DNA of 64,000 nt from Octopus sinensis (Eukaryota). Below are positions 1 to 12,169 of this stretch, in pieces. The stretch covers positions 79,856,001 through 79,920,000 of the forward strand of contig NC_043004.1 in the NCBI RefSeq assembly GCF_006345805.1, in the 5' to 3' direction. The position numbers and the translations under genes were made by a program. The notes under the pieces are model-generated. The model ran no database searches. It saw only the letters and a list, made by a program, of their open reading frames with translations, and was not told the origin of the DNA. The stretch's first letter is position 1, and each line of letters opens with the position of its first letter.

Positions 1-857
1 CGAACCGATCAAGTTTATATATAAATTTTCTTTTTATATGTCTGTTTCCTTATAAATAAAATATTAAATCAACGGCTAAAAATTTTCTCAAGCGACACTC
101 CCACTAATTTTATCTACAAGCTGCCACTGCTTGCAGGTTAATTTCTCAAGCAAACTCTTTCGTTGATTGGATCAACTGGTACGTTTGGTGTCATAACTTA
201 CGGAGTGCTAGTTTTTTTTTTTTTTTTTTAAAGTTATTAGGCTGTGACCTTCTTAGCTGAATACTGTAAAGAAATATGCAGTCCAACTATTCATGTATTA
301 TCTCTCTATATAAGTTTTGTATATACGTCATACCAACAGAGAAAGTGAATGTATGTATGGTTGAGGATTATGAAAATGTATATCATCATCAATATATGAT
401 TACTAAGTATGATAATATTTCACCTGGGTCAGATGTTTTCATGGACAATTGGAAATGAATGGTATTGTTTGCACAGTGCTAACTCATTTGTGATTATCAT
501 ACAATGCCAAGGTAAGGAGATTATGACACTCCCCCCTCCCACACATGCATGGTTGGCTTCTTTCAGTTTCCATCTACCAAATCTACTCTCAAGGTTTTGG
601 TTGCCTCCAGAGCTGCAGTAGAAAAAAACCATTGCTCAAGGTGGTGCTGAACTCAAAACCATGTGGCTCAGAAGCAAATGGCTTTGTGTGTTACTAGGTG
701 ACTTCAGACACACTGGTGCCCATCCATCCACCACCATGTATATATATGTATGTGTATATATATATATATATATATAATAATAAAATATTAGGGAATAAAT
801 CCAAATTTACAGGGAAAAATCAGATTTAGGATTGAATCCAATTTTATAGTAAAATAT

Positions 858-1053
858 TATATAATATTAATTAGAGACAAAACCACTATTTTGCAAATCA
901 AACAAGGAAAGACTTAATCAATACATAAAAAGATTTTAATATAAAATAAATAAATAAATATTTATTTATTTATTTACTTTATATAAAAAATTTTTTTATG
1001 TATTGATTAAGTCTTTCCTTGTTTGATTTACAAAATAGTGGTTTTGTCTCTAA

Positions 1054-1066
<13 letters not shown>
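858..1066. repeat. Long inverted repeat/hairpin at the end of a (TA)n-flanked insert (about 778-1066)
   Basis: 858-931 is the reverse complement of 993-1066 with one mismatch; the inner AT-rich part also pairs imperfectly. Confidence 0.9.
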
Positions 1067-1099
<33 letters not shown>

Positions 1100-1224
1100 G
1101 TATGTATGCGTATATATATGTATGTATGCGTATATATATGTATGTATGTATGCGTATATATATGTATGTATGCGTATATGTATGTATGTATGCGTATATA
1201 TATGTATGTATGTATGTGTATATA

Positions 1225-1440
1225 TAACGGGAAGCTTTATGAAAATAAACAAAAGACGAAGGCAAGTGGAATACAAACAAACAATTGTATTAGTATGGCG
1301 CTCAGGAATAGAAATAGAACAAGTCTTTGACGTTTCGAGCCTACGCTCTTCAACAGAAAGATACACAGAAAAGAAACACAGAAAGAAACAAGGACAGAAA
1401 AAATGCGTGCAGAGGCTAGCGAATCAACATGGCGATCTGT
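1225..1440 (-). mobile_element. Penelope-like pLTR-type fragment, family P1
   Basis: Homologous to 10572-10785 (opposite strand) and 48860-48990; (TA)n on both sides; contains a hammerhead-like motif. Confidence 0.6.
1325..1360 (-). ncRNA. Minimal type I hammerhead ribozyme motif with variant core CUGUUGA
   Basis: Minus strand: CTTT-CTGTTGA-A-GAGC(gtag)GCTC-GAAA-CG-TC-AAAG; stem I CTTT/AAAG, stem II 4 bp, GUC triplet. Confidence 0.6.
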
Positions 1441-1575
1441 GTATATATATGTATGTATATATATATATATAAATGTATGTATGTGTATATATATATGTAT
1501 GTATGTGTATATATATATGTATGTATGTGTATATATATGTATGTATGTGTATATATATACGTATGTGTATATATG

Positions 1576-1614
<39 letters not shown>

Positions 1615-1679
1615 ATACATATATATATATGTATGTGTATATATATATATATATATGTATGTGTATATATATATATATG

Positions 1680-1718
<39 letters not shown>

Positions 1719-2194
1719 ATATATATATATGTATGTGTATATATATATATATGTATGTATATATATATATGTAATGCATGTATGTATGTATATATGTGTA
1801 TGTATGTATGTATATATGTATGTATGTATGTATATATATGTATGTATGTATATATATATGTATGTATGTATGTATATATATGTATGTATCTATATATATA
1901 TGTATGTATGTATGTATATATATGTATGTATCTATATATATATGTATGTATCTATATATATATATATGTATGTATCTATATATATATATGTATGTATCTG
2001 TATATATATGTATCTATATATATATAAATATGTATGTATGTATGTATATGTATGTGTGTGTATGTATGTATATGTATATATGTATGTGTATGTATATGTG
2101 TATGTATCTATGTATGTGTATGTATATGTGTATGTATGTATGTATGTGTATGTATATATGTATGTGTATGTATATATGTATGTATATATGTATG

Positions 2195-2251
<57 letters not shown>

Positions 2252-3058
2252 GTGTATGTGTATGTATGTATGTATGTGTATGTATATGTATGTATGTATG
2301 TGTATGTATATGTATGTATGTATGTATGTATGTGTATGTATATGTATGTATGTATATATATGTATGTATATATGTATATATATATATATGTATATATATA
2401 CATGTATATATATATATATGTATGTACGTGTATGTATGTATGTGTATATATGTATGTGTATGTATATATGTATGTATGTGTATGTATATATGTATGTATG
2501 TGTATGTATATATGTATGTGTATGTATATATGTATGTGTATATATATATATGTATGTATGTATATATATATATATATATATATATGCCAGCATGGGAATA
2601 AAAACCTTCCAAGGTAATAATTATTATTAAAATCATAATTTAGTGTATCTAAGAGATATACGTATATATGTATGTGTATGTATGTATATATATGTATGTA
2701 TGCATATATATATGTATATATGTGCATGTATGTGTAATTTTTTTATGTATGTATATGTTTTCAATGGTAAAAATATTAATATGCCTCCACCCAATACAAA
2801 CACGTTTTTTATGAAACATGATTCACCCTATTACTACCACAGGTATCTCACCTGTATTTATTCATTCAGGTAACACCCCTGAATATATGTATTCAAACAA
2901 CAAGTGAATCATAATTTATGAATACATAAATTCTATTCTATGTATTAAACACGTTTTCTTTCATTTACACACACATTGTTGTTTTAATAGAGCTTATGTA
3001 AGTCTTTCTATGTATGTAACCAACACTCTGCTAGTGTTTTCTCTTCACCATTTATGGT

Positions 3059-3824
3059 ATAACCGTTTAGCTTTCAGATTGTTCTGTCAGATGCAATGCT
3101 TATTTATTTACTATGTTTTGAATTAATCATGTATCATCTCATAACTTTGAGAGTTTTATCATGTGTCTATTTATTTTTAGAATGACATTGTAGGGTAAGT
3201 GTGAGATATCAGATCTGGCTGGAATGAGTATAAAACAGATGGAATATCTCTGAAAATTACTATTTGTAAATCACACACCAAGAGATATTCAGCGACAGTA
3301 CTTTGGAGTAAAGATTGTTTGCCAACATAACATGGCAGTCTTGGTTTAGGATGAATGTTGCTGTAATTTAGCCCTAGGAGACATCATCTCCAGCTACTAT
3401 AAGACACGATCCATGTCCTTATATTTTCGAACAAGGGAATATTTCAATTTGATCAAAATAAATATCAAATGAAAATAGTAGTTGCAATACCTGTGCCAGT
3501 GGCACGTAAAAAGTACCATCCGAACGTGGCTGATGCCAGTGCCCCCTTGACTGGCTTCTGTGCCGGTTGCATGTAAGAAGCACCAACCAATTGTGGCCGC
3601 TGCAAGCCTTCCCTGGCACCTGTGCTGGTGGCACGTAAAAAGCTCCCACTACACACACAGAGTGGTTGGCGTTAGGAAAGGCATCCATCTGTAGAAACAC
3701 TGCCAGATCAGACTGGAGCCTGGTGCAGCCTCCTGGCTTCCCAGACCCTGGTCGAACCGTCCAACCCATGCAAGCACGGAAAACGATGATGATGATATAT
3801 CTGGTTTAAATGCTAAAGGATTAA
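3059..3824 (+). mobile_element. piggyBac-like MITE interrupted by other repeats
   Basis: Ends taaccgtttagc...gctaaaggattaa resemble TTAA-CCCTT TIRs; interior holds a family O element. Confidence 0.55.
3440..3800 (+). mobile_element. Family O RTE-tail SINE-like element
   Basis: GTGCC-NNN-GGCAC-GTAAAAAG motifs, gggcatccagctgtagaa motif, (GAT)n tail. Confidence 0.8.
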
Positions 3825-4462
3825 ACTTGTAAGAAGAAGACTTGTGAACTAGTTACTAAATAATCAAGTAATTAGCAAGCTGATTAATTAAACAAAAGGT
3901 GTGTTTGTTGATGTGATAAAGGAGGGAGAAGAAACCGTAAATTATAGGGAGTGTCCTTTGATGCTTTTTGGTGTCAGTGTTGCTGCAACGCCCATGGAAA
4001 GTCAAGCCCTTGAGAGTTTCACAAGCTTCACTCAGTTCATTCCTCTCTGTTACCTTTAGTCTTAACCGCTTGTTTCTTTTCTCCTTTTCTCTTCAAGTGG
4101 TGATGGATGGGACAAACACACACACACACACACATACACATAGATATACATAGGATGGTTTTCTTTCAGTTTCCATCGACCAAATCCTTTCACAAAGCTT
4201 TCGTTGGCCTTGAGGCTATGGTAGAAGACATTTGCTGAAAGTGCCAGGCAATGGGACTGAACCCAGAACCATGTGGTTAGGAAACAAGCATTTTATCACA
4301 CACACACACACACACATCAATAATAAAGGTGGCTAATTAGTCAGTTTACTAGTGACTTGTCTAATTAGTGCTTACGTTTATCACATTGTTTAGTCCAATA
4401 GTTTCAAACGGTGTGTCGCAAAATGTGTGTCATGAGTTGTAATCAGGGGTGCTGCAAAAAGA

Positions 4463-4464
<2 letters not shown>

Positions 4465-4505
<41 letters not shown>

Positions 4506-4548
4506 GGAACAAATAGGGGCTGCAATAAGGGTGGAGCACTTGCAGAAA

Positions 4549-4585
<37 letters not shown>
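4465..4585. repeat. (AAT)n microsatellites
   Basis: Two perfect AAT tracts. Confidence 0.95.
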
Positions 4586-4586
<1 letters not shown>

Positions 4587-5050
4587 CCTTTCTGCAATAG
4601 GCACATAGTCTGAAATTTTGGGGGAGTTGGTGGGGGGGGGGCTAGTCGATTACATTGACCCTAGTGCATCACTGGTACTTATTTTATCAATCTTGATAGG
4701 ATGGAAGCCAAAGTCGACCTCGTTGGAATTTGAACTCAGAGCACAAAGACAGATGAAGTGCCACGACGCATTTTCCTTGGCGTGCTAATGATTCTACCAG
4801 CTTGCTGCCTCATATAATAATAATAATAATAATAATCCTTTCTACTATAGGCACAAGCTCTGAAGTTTTGGGGAAGGGGTATTGTTGATTGCATGAACCT
4901 TACTGTTTCATTGGTACACATTTCATTGACCCAAAAAGGATGAAAGGCAAAGTTGATCTCTGCAGAATTTGAGCTCAGAATGTAAAGACTGACAAAATCC
5001 CCCTCAGCATTCTGCCTGGAATGTTAACAATTCTGCCAATTTACCACCTT
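4575..5050 (-). mobile_element. Two tandem family B SINEs
   Basis: Reverse complement of ggcagaatcgttagc...gagttcaaattcc...cctttcatcctt; separated by (AAT)n. Confidence 0.8.
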
Positions 5051-5339
5051 AGTAATATTAATAATATTAAAAATAATAATAATAATAATGATAAATCCTA
5101 TTTACGGTGAAGATATGGCTGTGTAATAACAAATTTTGCTTTGTAACCCCGTGGTTTCCAAGTTCAATTTCATTGCAGGGCACCTTGGGAAAGTAACTCC
5201 TACTACAGCCTCAGGCTGACCAATGCCCTATGAGTAAAATTCATGGATGGAAACTGTGCAGAAACCTGGTGCATATTCCGCCCCCTTTCTTGACTTGTTT
5301 TGATTTTATACCAAGTTTCACCATTCATAAACATGGCAT

Positions 5340-5960
5340 CATTTGTTCTCAAGCATCATCATCATTGTTTCGACATCCACTTTTCCATGCTTGCTTATGT
5401 ATAATGGAATCTGCTGAGGCAGGTTTTCTACACGCTGGATGCCCTTCCTGACATCAACCCTCACCTGTTTTCAGGTCAGATATTATGTTGTTGACATAAT
5501 AGAGGAAATGAACAGCATTGTTTGTATGACAGTGGTGTTTATTGATGACCATCGCATGATGTCAAGACATGGATCAACACACATACATTCAGGGGACATC
5601 TTTTTGTTCCTGTCTGCCAAATCCACTCATAAGACTTTATATGGCCCAAAGCTATAGTAGAAAACACTTGCTCATGGTGCTGCAATGTGGGATTGAACCA
5701 GAGACCACATGGTTGGGAAGCAAGCTTCATAACCACGCAGACACACCTGTACCAATCATCATCCATTAACGTGTTTTCCATGCTGGCATGAGTTGGATGG
5801 TTTGACCGGAGCTTGCAAGACCAGATCCACACCAGCTTCCTTTGTCTATTTTGACATAGTTTCTGTGACTGGATGTCCTTCCTAATGCCAACCACTTTAC
5901 TGAGTGTACTGAGCACTTTCTTTATGTGGCACCATCACCAGGGCTTTTTACATGCACCAG
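5340..5960 (-). mobile_element. Family O elements (two pieces) with a family A fragment between
   Basis: catcatcat...catccacttttccatgct...ggatgcccttcct motifs. Confidence 0.7.
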
Positions 5961-6027
5961 CAGGCTCATCAAGTACCTTTCAAAACAAAACCCCTTCAAG
6001 TGGGAGTGAGGGAAGAGTAAATATAAT

Positions 6028-6445
6028 GGGCGGCGAGCTGGCAGAATCATTAGCATGCCAGGCAAAATGCTTAGTGGTATTTCATCTGCTGTTATGTTCT
6101 GAGTTCAAATTCCACTGAGGTCGACTTTGCCTTTCATCCTTTCGAGGTCGATTAAATAAGTACCAGCTATGCACTGGGGTTGATATAATCGACTTAATCC
6201 GTTTGTCTGTCCTTGTTTGTCCCTTCTGTATTTAGCCCCTTGTGGATAGTAAAGAAATAGGTATTACGTCTGCAGCTATGTTCTGAGTTCAAATTCCACT
6301 GAGGTCAACTTTGCCTTTCATCTTTTTCGGGGTTGATTAAATAAGCACCAGTTACGCACAGGAGTTGATGTATTTGACTTGATTACTTTGTCTGTCCTTG
6401 TTTGTCCCCTTTATGTTTAGCCCCCTGTGGGCAATAAAGAAATAA
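6028..6445 (+). mobile_element. Family B tRNA-derived SINE, head-to-tail dimer
   Basis: A box TGGCAGAATC, B box GAGTTCAAATTCC; second unit starts at ggtatt after the aaagaaata tail. Confidence 0.85.
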
Positions 6446-7245
6446 ATATTAAGGGGTGTGGTCCAGCCTTTTCATTGTTCAACAAACTAAAGGAAAAATA
6501 TCTTGCTTGGAAACAACTAAAAGTAGGCAATATAAAGGGTCAAGAATAAATTCCCAGGAAGCTAAGTCTGTGACTCGGTTTTCTTTTATGGTAGCTCCTA
6601 AAAATGGTGTGAAAATAGGACACTCCATTTCCTCTAATACCCTGAAATCCATTGTTTGATAATAGATTATGAAAATTTAGCTGATTGACTGTTTATCATA
6701 TTTGTATAAACACTTAACCAACATTTTTGTTTCTTTGTGTTTCTTTTTTCCATTGTGATACAGCCTTCACCTGTACTTCATTAAAAATAGGTATATCTTT
6801 TTACATCAATAAACACAGCAATCATTGTCATCATTTCACATCCACTTTTCCATGCTTGCTTAAATCAGGTGGAATTTGTCGAGGCAGATTTTTTCTACAG
6901 TCAGATGCCTTTCCTGTTCCCTGTCCTCGTCCGTTTCCAAGTAAGGTATTATTTTCCCCAAGGCAAGACTCGTTTCTGTGGAAGGTCGTGAACGAATGAC
7001 ACTGCTTGTATGATGGTGACTCTCATTTACAACTATCACATGATGTCAAGACAAGGAAACACAAACATGCACACACACTCACACCCATGCACACATCACT
7101 GCATGGCACTTTGGGCAAGTGTCTTCTATCATAGCCCCAGGTCAGCCGATGCCTTGTGAGTGAATTTGATAGATGGAAACTGTGGAAGCCCATTGTGCGT
7201 GTGTGTATGTACACATGCATGTGTATGTGTATATATATATATGTA

Positions 7246-7459
7246 TGAGGGACTGTTGAAAAGCTCCTGGTTTTGGGTGCAAGAAAATACAAGAGGATCA
7301 GTTAAATATGATTTTTTTCATCATATTCTCCTCTCAGTCACACACTTATTGTGGTGGTCCTTCAGTTTTTCTAAACCCTGTAAAAGAATTTGGAAGGTTG
7401 GGCCTCCAGCTAGTCCTTCCATAATACCCTTAAAGTTAGAAACTTTTCAGCACCCCTCA
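7246..7459. mobile_element. mariner-type MITE inserted in the microsatellite of a family A SINE
   Basis: TIRs tgagggactgttgaaaag / cttttcagcacccctca; TA on the left. Confidence 0.7.
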
Positions 7460-7666
7460 TGTATGTATATATGTATGTGTGTAGATATATGGTAATAATG
7501 GGATTTTTTAGAAATTCCTGTCGGCTTTCTTCGAGACGCATGCTTGTAGTGATAAATTACATGGTTATTGACGTTGTGTCTATTTTCGGCATATTTTGGC
7601 ATTAGAAATTTTTTCTTTTGCCCTTACTTATAAATTATATATATATATATATGTGTGTGTGTGCGC

Positions 7667-7710
<44 letters not shown>

Positions 7711-8593
7711 GTGCATGCATGTGTTTGTCTCACCACCATTGCTTGACAACCAGTGTTAGTTTGTTTACATCCCAGTATCTTAGCAGTTTAGCAATAGCAA
7801 CTGATAAAATAAGTAACCAGACTTAAAAAATAAGTACAGGGCTGATTTGTTTGACTAAATCCCTAAAGACAGTACCCTAACTTGGTTGGCCACAGTCTAT
7901 TGACTGAAACAAGTTAAAGAAAAATAAAAGAATAAAACATAACCCTTAGTCATATTTGATACTAATTACATTAAAATAATTGTAATTACCGTGGAAGCTG
8001 ACTTTGTATTACTATTGTTGCTAAAAACCCCTGCAAAAGTAAAGGAACTAACTGAAACCAAACAAAAACGGTGAAATGAAAGCAAATAAAGGTCACTTTT
8101 TGAATAGAGATGGCAGCATTTGATTCTTTCACCCACCCCACCACCACTTAAACATAAATTCTTGCCAGAAATACAGGTGATCCAGTTCATTAGGAGGTGC
8201 TGTATCGTAATAATCAATAAAAAACCCTCAAAAAATTCACTGTGACACTGTAACCTCTTCATTGAATAATAATAATAATGATAATAATAATAATAATAAT
8301 AATAGGTGGCTTGATTGTAGGCTGTTGAGTAAACAAGAAACAGGAAGTGCCCTAGTGATTTTGTTTTTTTGCTTTTTTTCTGTTTTTTCTTTCCTTTATA
8401 GTATTTTTACCAAATAATGTAAGAAGTGACACCAAAATGCCAAAAGTGACATAAGGAACAGTTTGTCTTCTGTACACAATGGAGACAAGCATGAGGCAAA
8501 AAAAAAATAATAAATAATAAAGAACCCCTAAAAACAAACAAATCGAGACCCCCCCCTCCCCGACAACTAATCTTCAAAGGAAACCCTGAAATG

Positions 8594-8626
<33 letters not shown>

Positions 8627-8859
8627 TTTGTGTTTGTCTCCCACTGCTGCTTGACTCCTGTTGGTGTGTTTACATCCCTATAACTTAGCAGTTTGGCAAA
8701 AGATACTGATAAATACCAGGCTTCCAAAAGCAAATAAATACAGGTGTCAATTCATTCGACTAAAGATGCTTCAAGGTGGTGCCCCAGCATGGCCACAGCC
8801 TAATGAGTGAAACAAGTAAGAGATAATAGTTAAAAAAGTAAACAAATCCAGGGTGCAGC

Positions 8860-9240
8860 AGTGGCTGTGTGGTAAGTAACTTGCTTACAAACCACATAGT
8901 TTCGGGTTCAGTCCCACTGCATGGCACCTTGGGCAAGTGTCTTCAACTATAGCCTCAGGCCAACCAGAGCCTTGTGAGTGGATTTGGTTGACGGAAACCA
9001 AAAGAAGCCCATCGTGTATATATATGTGTGTGTGTGTGTTTGTGTGTCTGTGTTTGTCTCTCCACCATCACTTGACAACCGAAGTTGGTGTGTTTATGTA
9101 ACTTAGCGGTTCAGCAAAAGAGACCAATAGAATAAATACTAGGCTTACAAAGAATAAGTCCTGGTGTCATTTTGTTCAACTATAAGGCAGTGCTCCAGCA
9201 TGGCTGCAGTCAACTGACTGAAGCAAATCAAAGAATAGGA
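8860..9240 (+). mobile_element. Family A tRNA-derived SINE, full length
   Basis: A box TGGCTGTGTGG, B box GGTTCAGTCCC, CORE-like CACCTTGGGCAAGTGTCTT, central (TA)/(TG) tract. Confidence 0.88.
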
Positions 9241-9302
9241 TAAAATCCAAGTTGCACGGCATCTCAAACTGTTGCCTGACTATCCGTTCCTTTCATCCAC
9301 AG

Positions 9303-9401
9303 AATTCCTTCACATCTTCACAAAGTGTGCATAGAACAGATCATGTGCTAATGTCATTGTCGCCGTCGCCTCCCACTACAGCTTCCGAGACATCCAGATG
9401 A
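9303..9401 (+). CDS. Possible terminal exon, unknown product (NSFTSSQSVHRTDHVLMSLSPSPPTTASETSR*)
   Basis: Acceptor ttcctttcatccacag, unique GC-richer sequence; no recognised homology. Confidence 0.15.
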   Translation, partial: NSFTSSQSVHRTDHVLMSLSPSPPTTASETSR

Positions 9402-9719
9402 CATAGTTGTCCTCTAACTCTAATCGTGTCTCCTCCATAAATTAGAATCTTGGTTCTACGAAAACATAGTAACAGTTGTATACCAGTGTAACCGTAGCAA
9501 CGAATACTAGAGCACATTCTTTTGTATCTGACATCACGTGCAACTAAAGCCGACACTTGGCTAGCACGAAGAATGATCACAACAACTCCAGTGACCTTTA
9601 AGCATACAAAGATGTGCAGGATTGTGAAAGAATAGATCCAAAACAATGCACTTCCTCTCTGGGACCCTTTTCTGCCGACCATTATTTGGCAGAAGATGCA
9701 ACATTGTCCCAGAATATGA

Positions 9720-9816
9720 TAATGTGTGTGTGTGTCTGACTATCTGTGTATATGTATGTGTGTATGTGTACACGTGTATATATGTCTATAGATACACATC
9801 TGTGTACAGATGTGTA

Positions 9817-9865
<49 letters not shown>

Positions 9866-10096
9866 GTATGTATGCATGTGTATATGCATCTGTAGATATG
9901 TATGTGCATATGTATCTATAAATATGTATGCATGTCTCTGTACTCGTGAGTATATATATATCTATAGATATATATATGTGAATGTACACATGTATATATA
10001 TCTATAGATCTGCATGTATGTATATATGTGTATATATGTGCATGTATATACATATCTGTTTATATGTCTGTATGTATGTATATTAGTGTATCGATG

Positions 10097-10139
<43 letters not shown>

Positions 10140-10140
10140 G
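9720..10140. repeat. Compound (TG)/(TA) microsatellite
   Basis: Dinucleotide-derived degenerate tract. Confidence 0.9.
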
Positions 10141-10372
10141 TATTAAATGGCCCTTTTCGTCTATGCAGACGATCAATTTAGCTTAGAGGTCACTTAATCG
10201 AACATATCAAGGGCTCCCTTTATTGCATCTTCTTTCATGGCTCATTCTTCCTATGATTGAAGTGCAGCTTCTGTCACACAGTACTTGCATACCAAGAGGG
10301 TGACTCGGTGCTCTGCATTTTTGTTGTTTTCCTTTCACCACTGACGCTTTGCAACTTTGTTTTTTTCTGTAG

Positions 10373-10480
10373 CTGCTCTCTAGCGAAGCAGTTCCTTCCT
10401 TCACCACAGTCCTCCATGTTGATCTGTCGCAGCCCTATCTTCCCAGGTTCCGACCTCCACCTCACACTTGGACAAACTAG
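10373..10480 (+). CDS. Possible exon, unknown product (LLSSEAVPSFTTVLHVDLSQPYLPRFRPPPHTWTN*)
   Basis: Strong acceptor tttgtttttttctgtag; unique sequence; reading frame ambiguous. Confidence 0.15.
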   Translation: MLSSEAVPSFTTVLHVDLSQPYLPRFRPPPHTWTN

Positions 10481-10571
10481 TTTTGCAAGTGTCCTAATAC
10501 CTCTGTATATATGTGTGTGTGTGTGTGTGTATGTCTGCAGATATATATAATAGATATATATATATATATAT

Positions 10572-10785
10572 ACTCGACCATTTTGTCCGAGTCAGACACC
10601 ATGATAGATCGTTAGCCACTACACACATTTTTTTTCTCTCCTTGTTTTTTCTGTGTACCTTTCTGTAGAAGAGCGTAGGCTCAAAACATAAAAGACTTTT
10701 TCTATTTCTGAGCGTTATACTAATACATCTGTTTGTTTTGTACACCACCTGTCTTCGTCTTTTGTTTTTTTCGTAAACTTTCCCT
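10572..10785 (+). mobile_element. Penelope-like family P1 fragment with decayed hammerhead at 10659-10694
   Basis: CTTT-CTGTAGA-A-GAGC(gtag)GCTC-AAAA-CATA-AAAG; (TA)n both sides; homologous to 1225-1440. Confidence 0.6.
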
Positions 10786-11304
10786 ATATATATATATATA
10801 TATACTGATTGGATATAGGATTCAATAGAATCTCGGCACATCAACATGTAGGACTATATTAAATACTAACCAATTGTCTAATTCACTGTAATTAAATTTA
10901 ATTATGTTTACTTTTTTTATTGAATGTCATTCTCGTTATTATTCAAACTTAACAGGAAATCAAATTTTATTGACATTTTGAATGAGTTTTTATTGTTGTT
11001 CGTGTTGTTAGTAGTAGTAGTAGTAGTAGTATCTATCTATCTATCTATCTTTCTGGAATCTATGCCGTTACAGTTTCAATTCTCGATCAAAGCTGCTTCA
11101 CATAATTTAGCAAAACCCTTGGAAAAGCATGAATGTCATAACTAATTTTAGAATTCATCATTACAAGAGAGGGGGCTTTTGTTCAAACCTGTAAATTGTT
11201 GCATAGAAATGGCGTTAATCTGAAGCACGGAAGCGTTTTACCATTCTTCAGTCATCTTTGATATGGATCCTAATTTAAATTTTAATTTCACACAAATAAA
11301 TAGG

Positions 11305-11655
11305 TGCAAGGGTGGCTGTGTGATAAGTAACTTGCTTACCAACCATATGGTTCCAGGTTCAGTCCCACTGCATGGTACCTTGGGCAAGTGTCTTCTACTA
11401 AAGCTTCGGGTCAACCAAAGCCTTGTGAGTGGATTTGGTAGACGGAAACTGAAAGAAGCACGTCATATACATGACGTTAAATGTGTGTGTCAGTGTTTAT
11501 CCCCTCACCATTGCTTGACAATCGATGTTGGTGTGTTTATGTCCCTTTAACATAACATGCTAGGCTTACAAAGAATGAGTCCTAGAGTCGATTTCTTCGA
11601 CTAAAGGCAGTGCTCCAGCATGGCCACAGTCCAATTACTGAAACAAATAAGAATA
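11305..11655 (+). mobile_element. Family A SINE, full length
   Basis: Same head, body and tail as 8860-9240. Confidence 0.88.
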
Positions 11656-11916
11656 AAAAAGTAAATGTGCATCACATACATGTGCATGCATGTGTGTGTG
11701 TATAATACATGCAAAGGCTCTAGTGTGGATACTTAGTTAAAAAGTTTGCTTTCCAATCTCATGGCCTCTGGTTCAGTCCTATTGTGTGGCACCAGGGGGT
11801 GGGTGTCTTCTATTATAGCCCTAGGCCATTCAGAAACTTGTGAGTGGATTTCGTAGATGGAAACTGAAAGAAGCTTATTATATGTATAGATGGATGTATG
11901 TGGGTGTGTGCATGTG

Positions 11917-11947
<31 letters not shown>

Positions 11948-12169
11948 CACACACACACACACACACACATACATACATATGTATGCATGTGTATATCTAT
12001 CTATCTATATATATATATATGTGTGTATGTGTATCTTTTCTATCTTTTATTCCATCCTATAATGTCATTCTCTCAAAACTAGACATAAGTATTATATACA
12101 TGGGTGTGTGTATACATGCACACACTCCATTATGATTACTATTATCATCATTATTATTATTATTATTAT

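Larger units (their letters stand above)
1062..2585. repeat. Compound (TA)n/(TG)n/(TATG)n microsatellite, interrupted by an insert at 1225-1440
   Basis: Near-continuous purine-pyrimidine alternation; source of the Y/I/M/V/C/H/T ORFs. Confidence 0.97.

Noticed and set aside
409-621. ORF with a GTAAGG donor at about 511
   Set aside because: No coherent acceptor and frame combination; the 3' part is SINE sequence
1023-2727. Long overlapping ORFs up to 390 aa
   Set aside because: Translations of (TA)/(TG) microsatellite, which lacks stop codons; the same applies to ORFs near 9646-10007, 11733-12135, 45894-46304, 57262-57689 and 58985-59398
8860-8950. tRNA-like A and B boxes here and in all SINE heads
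   Set aside because: No complete cloverleaf; each continues into a SINE body
9341-9682. 113-aa minus-strand ORF
   Set aside because: No motif or homology recognised; not distinguishable from chance
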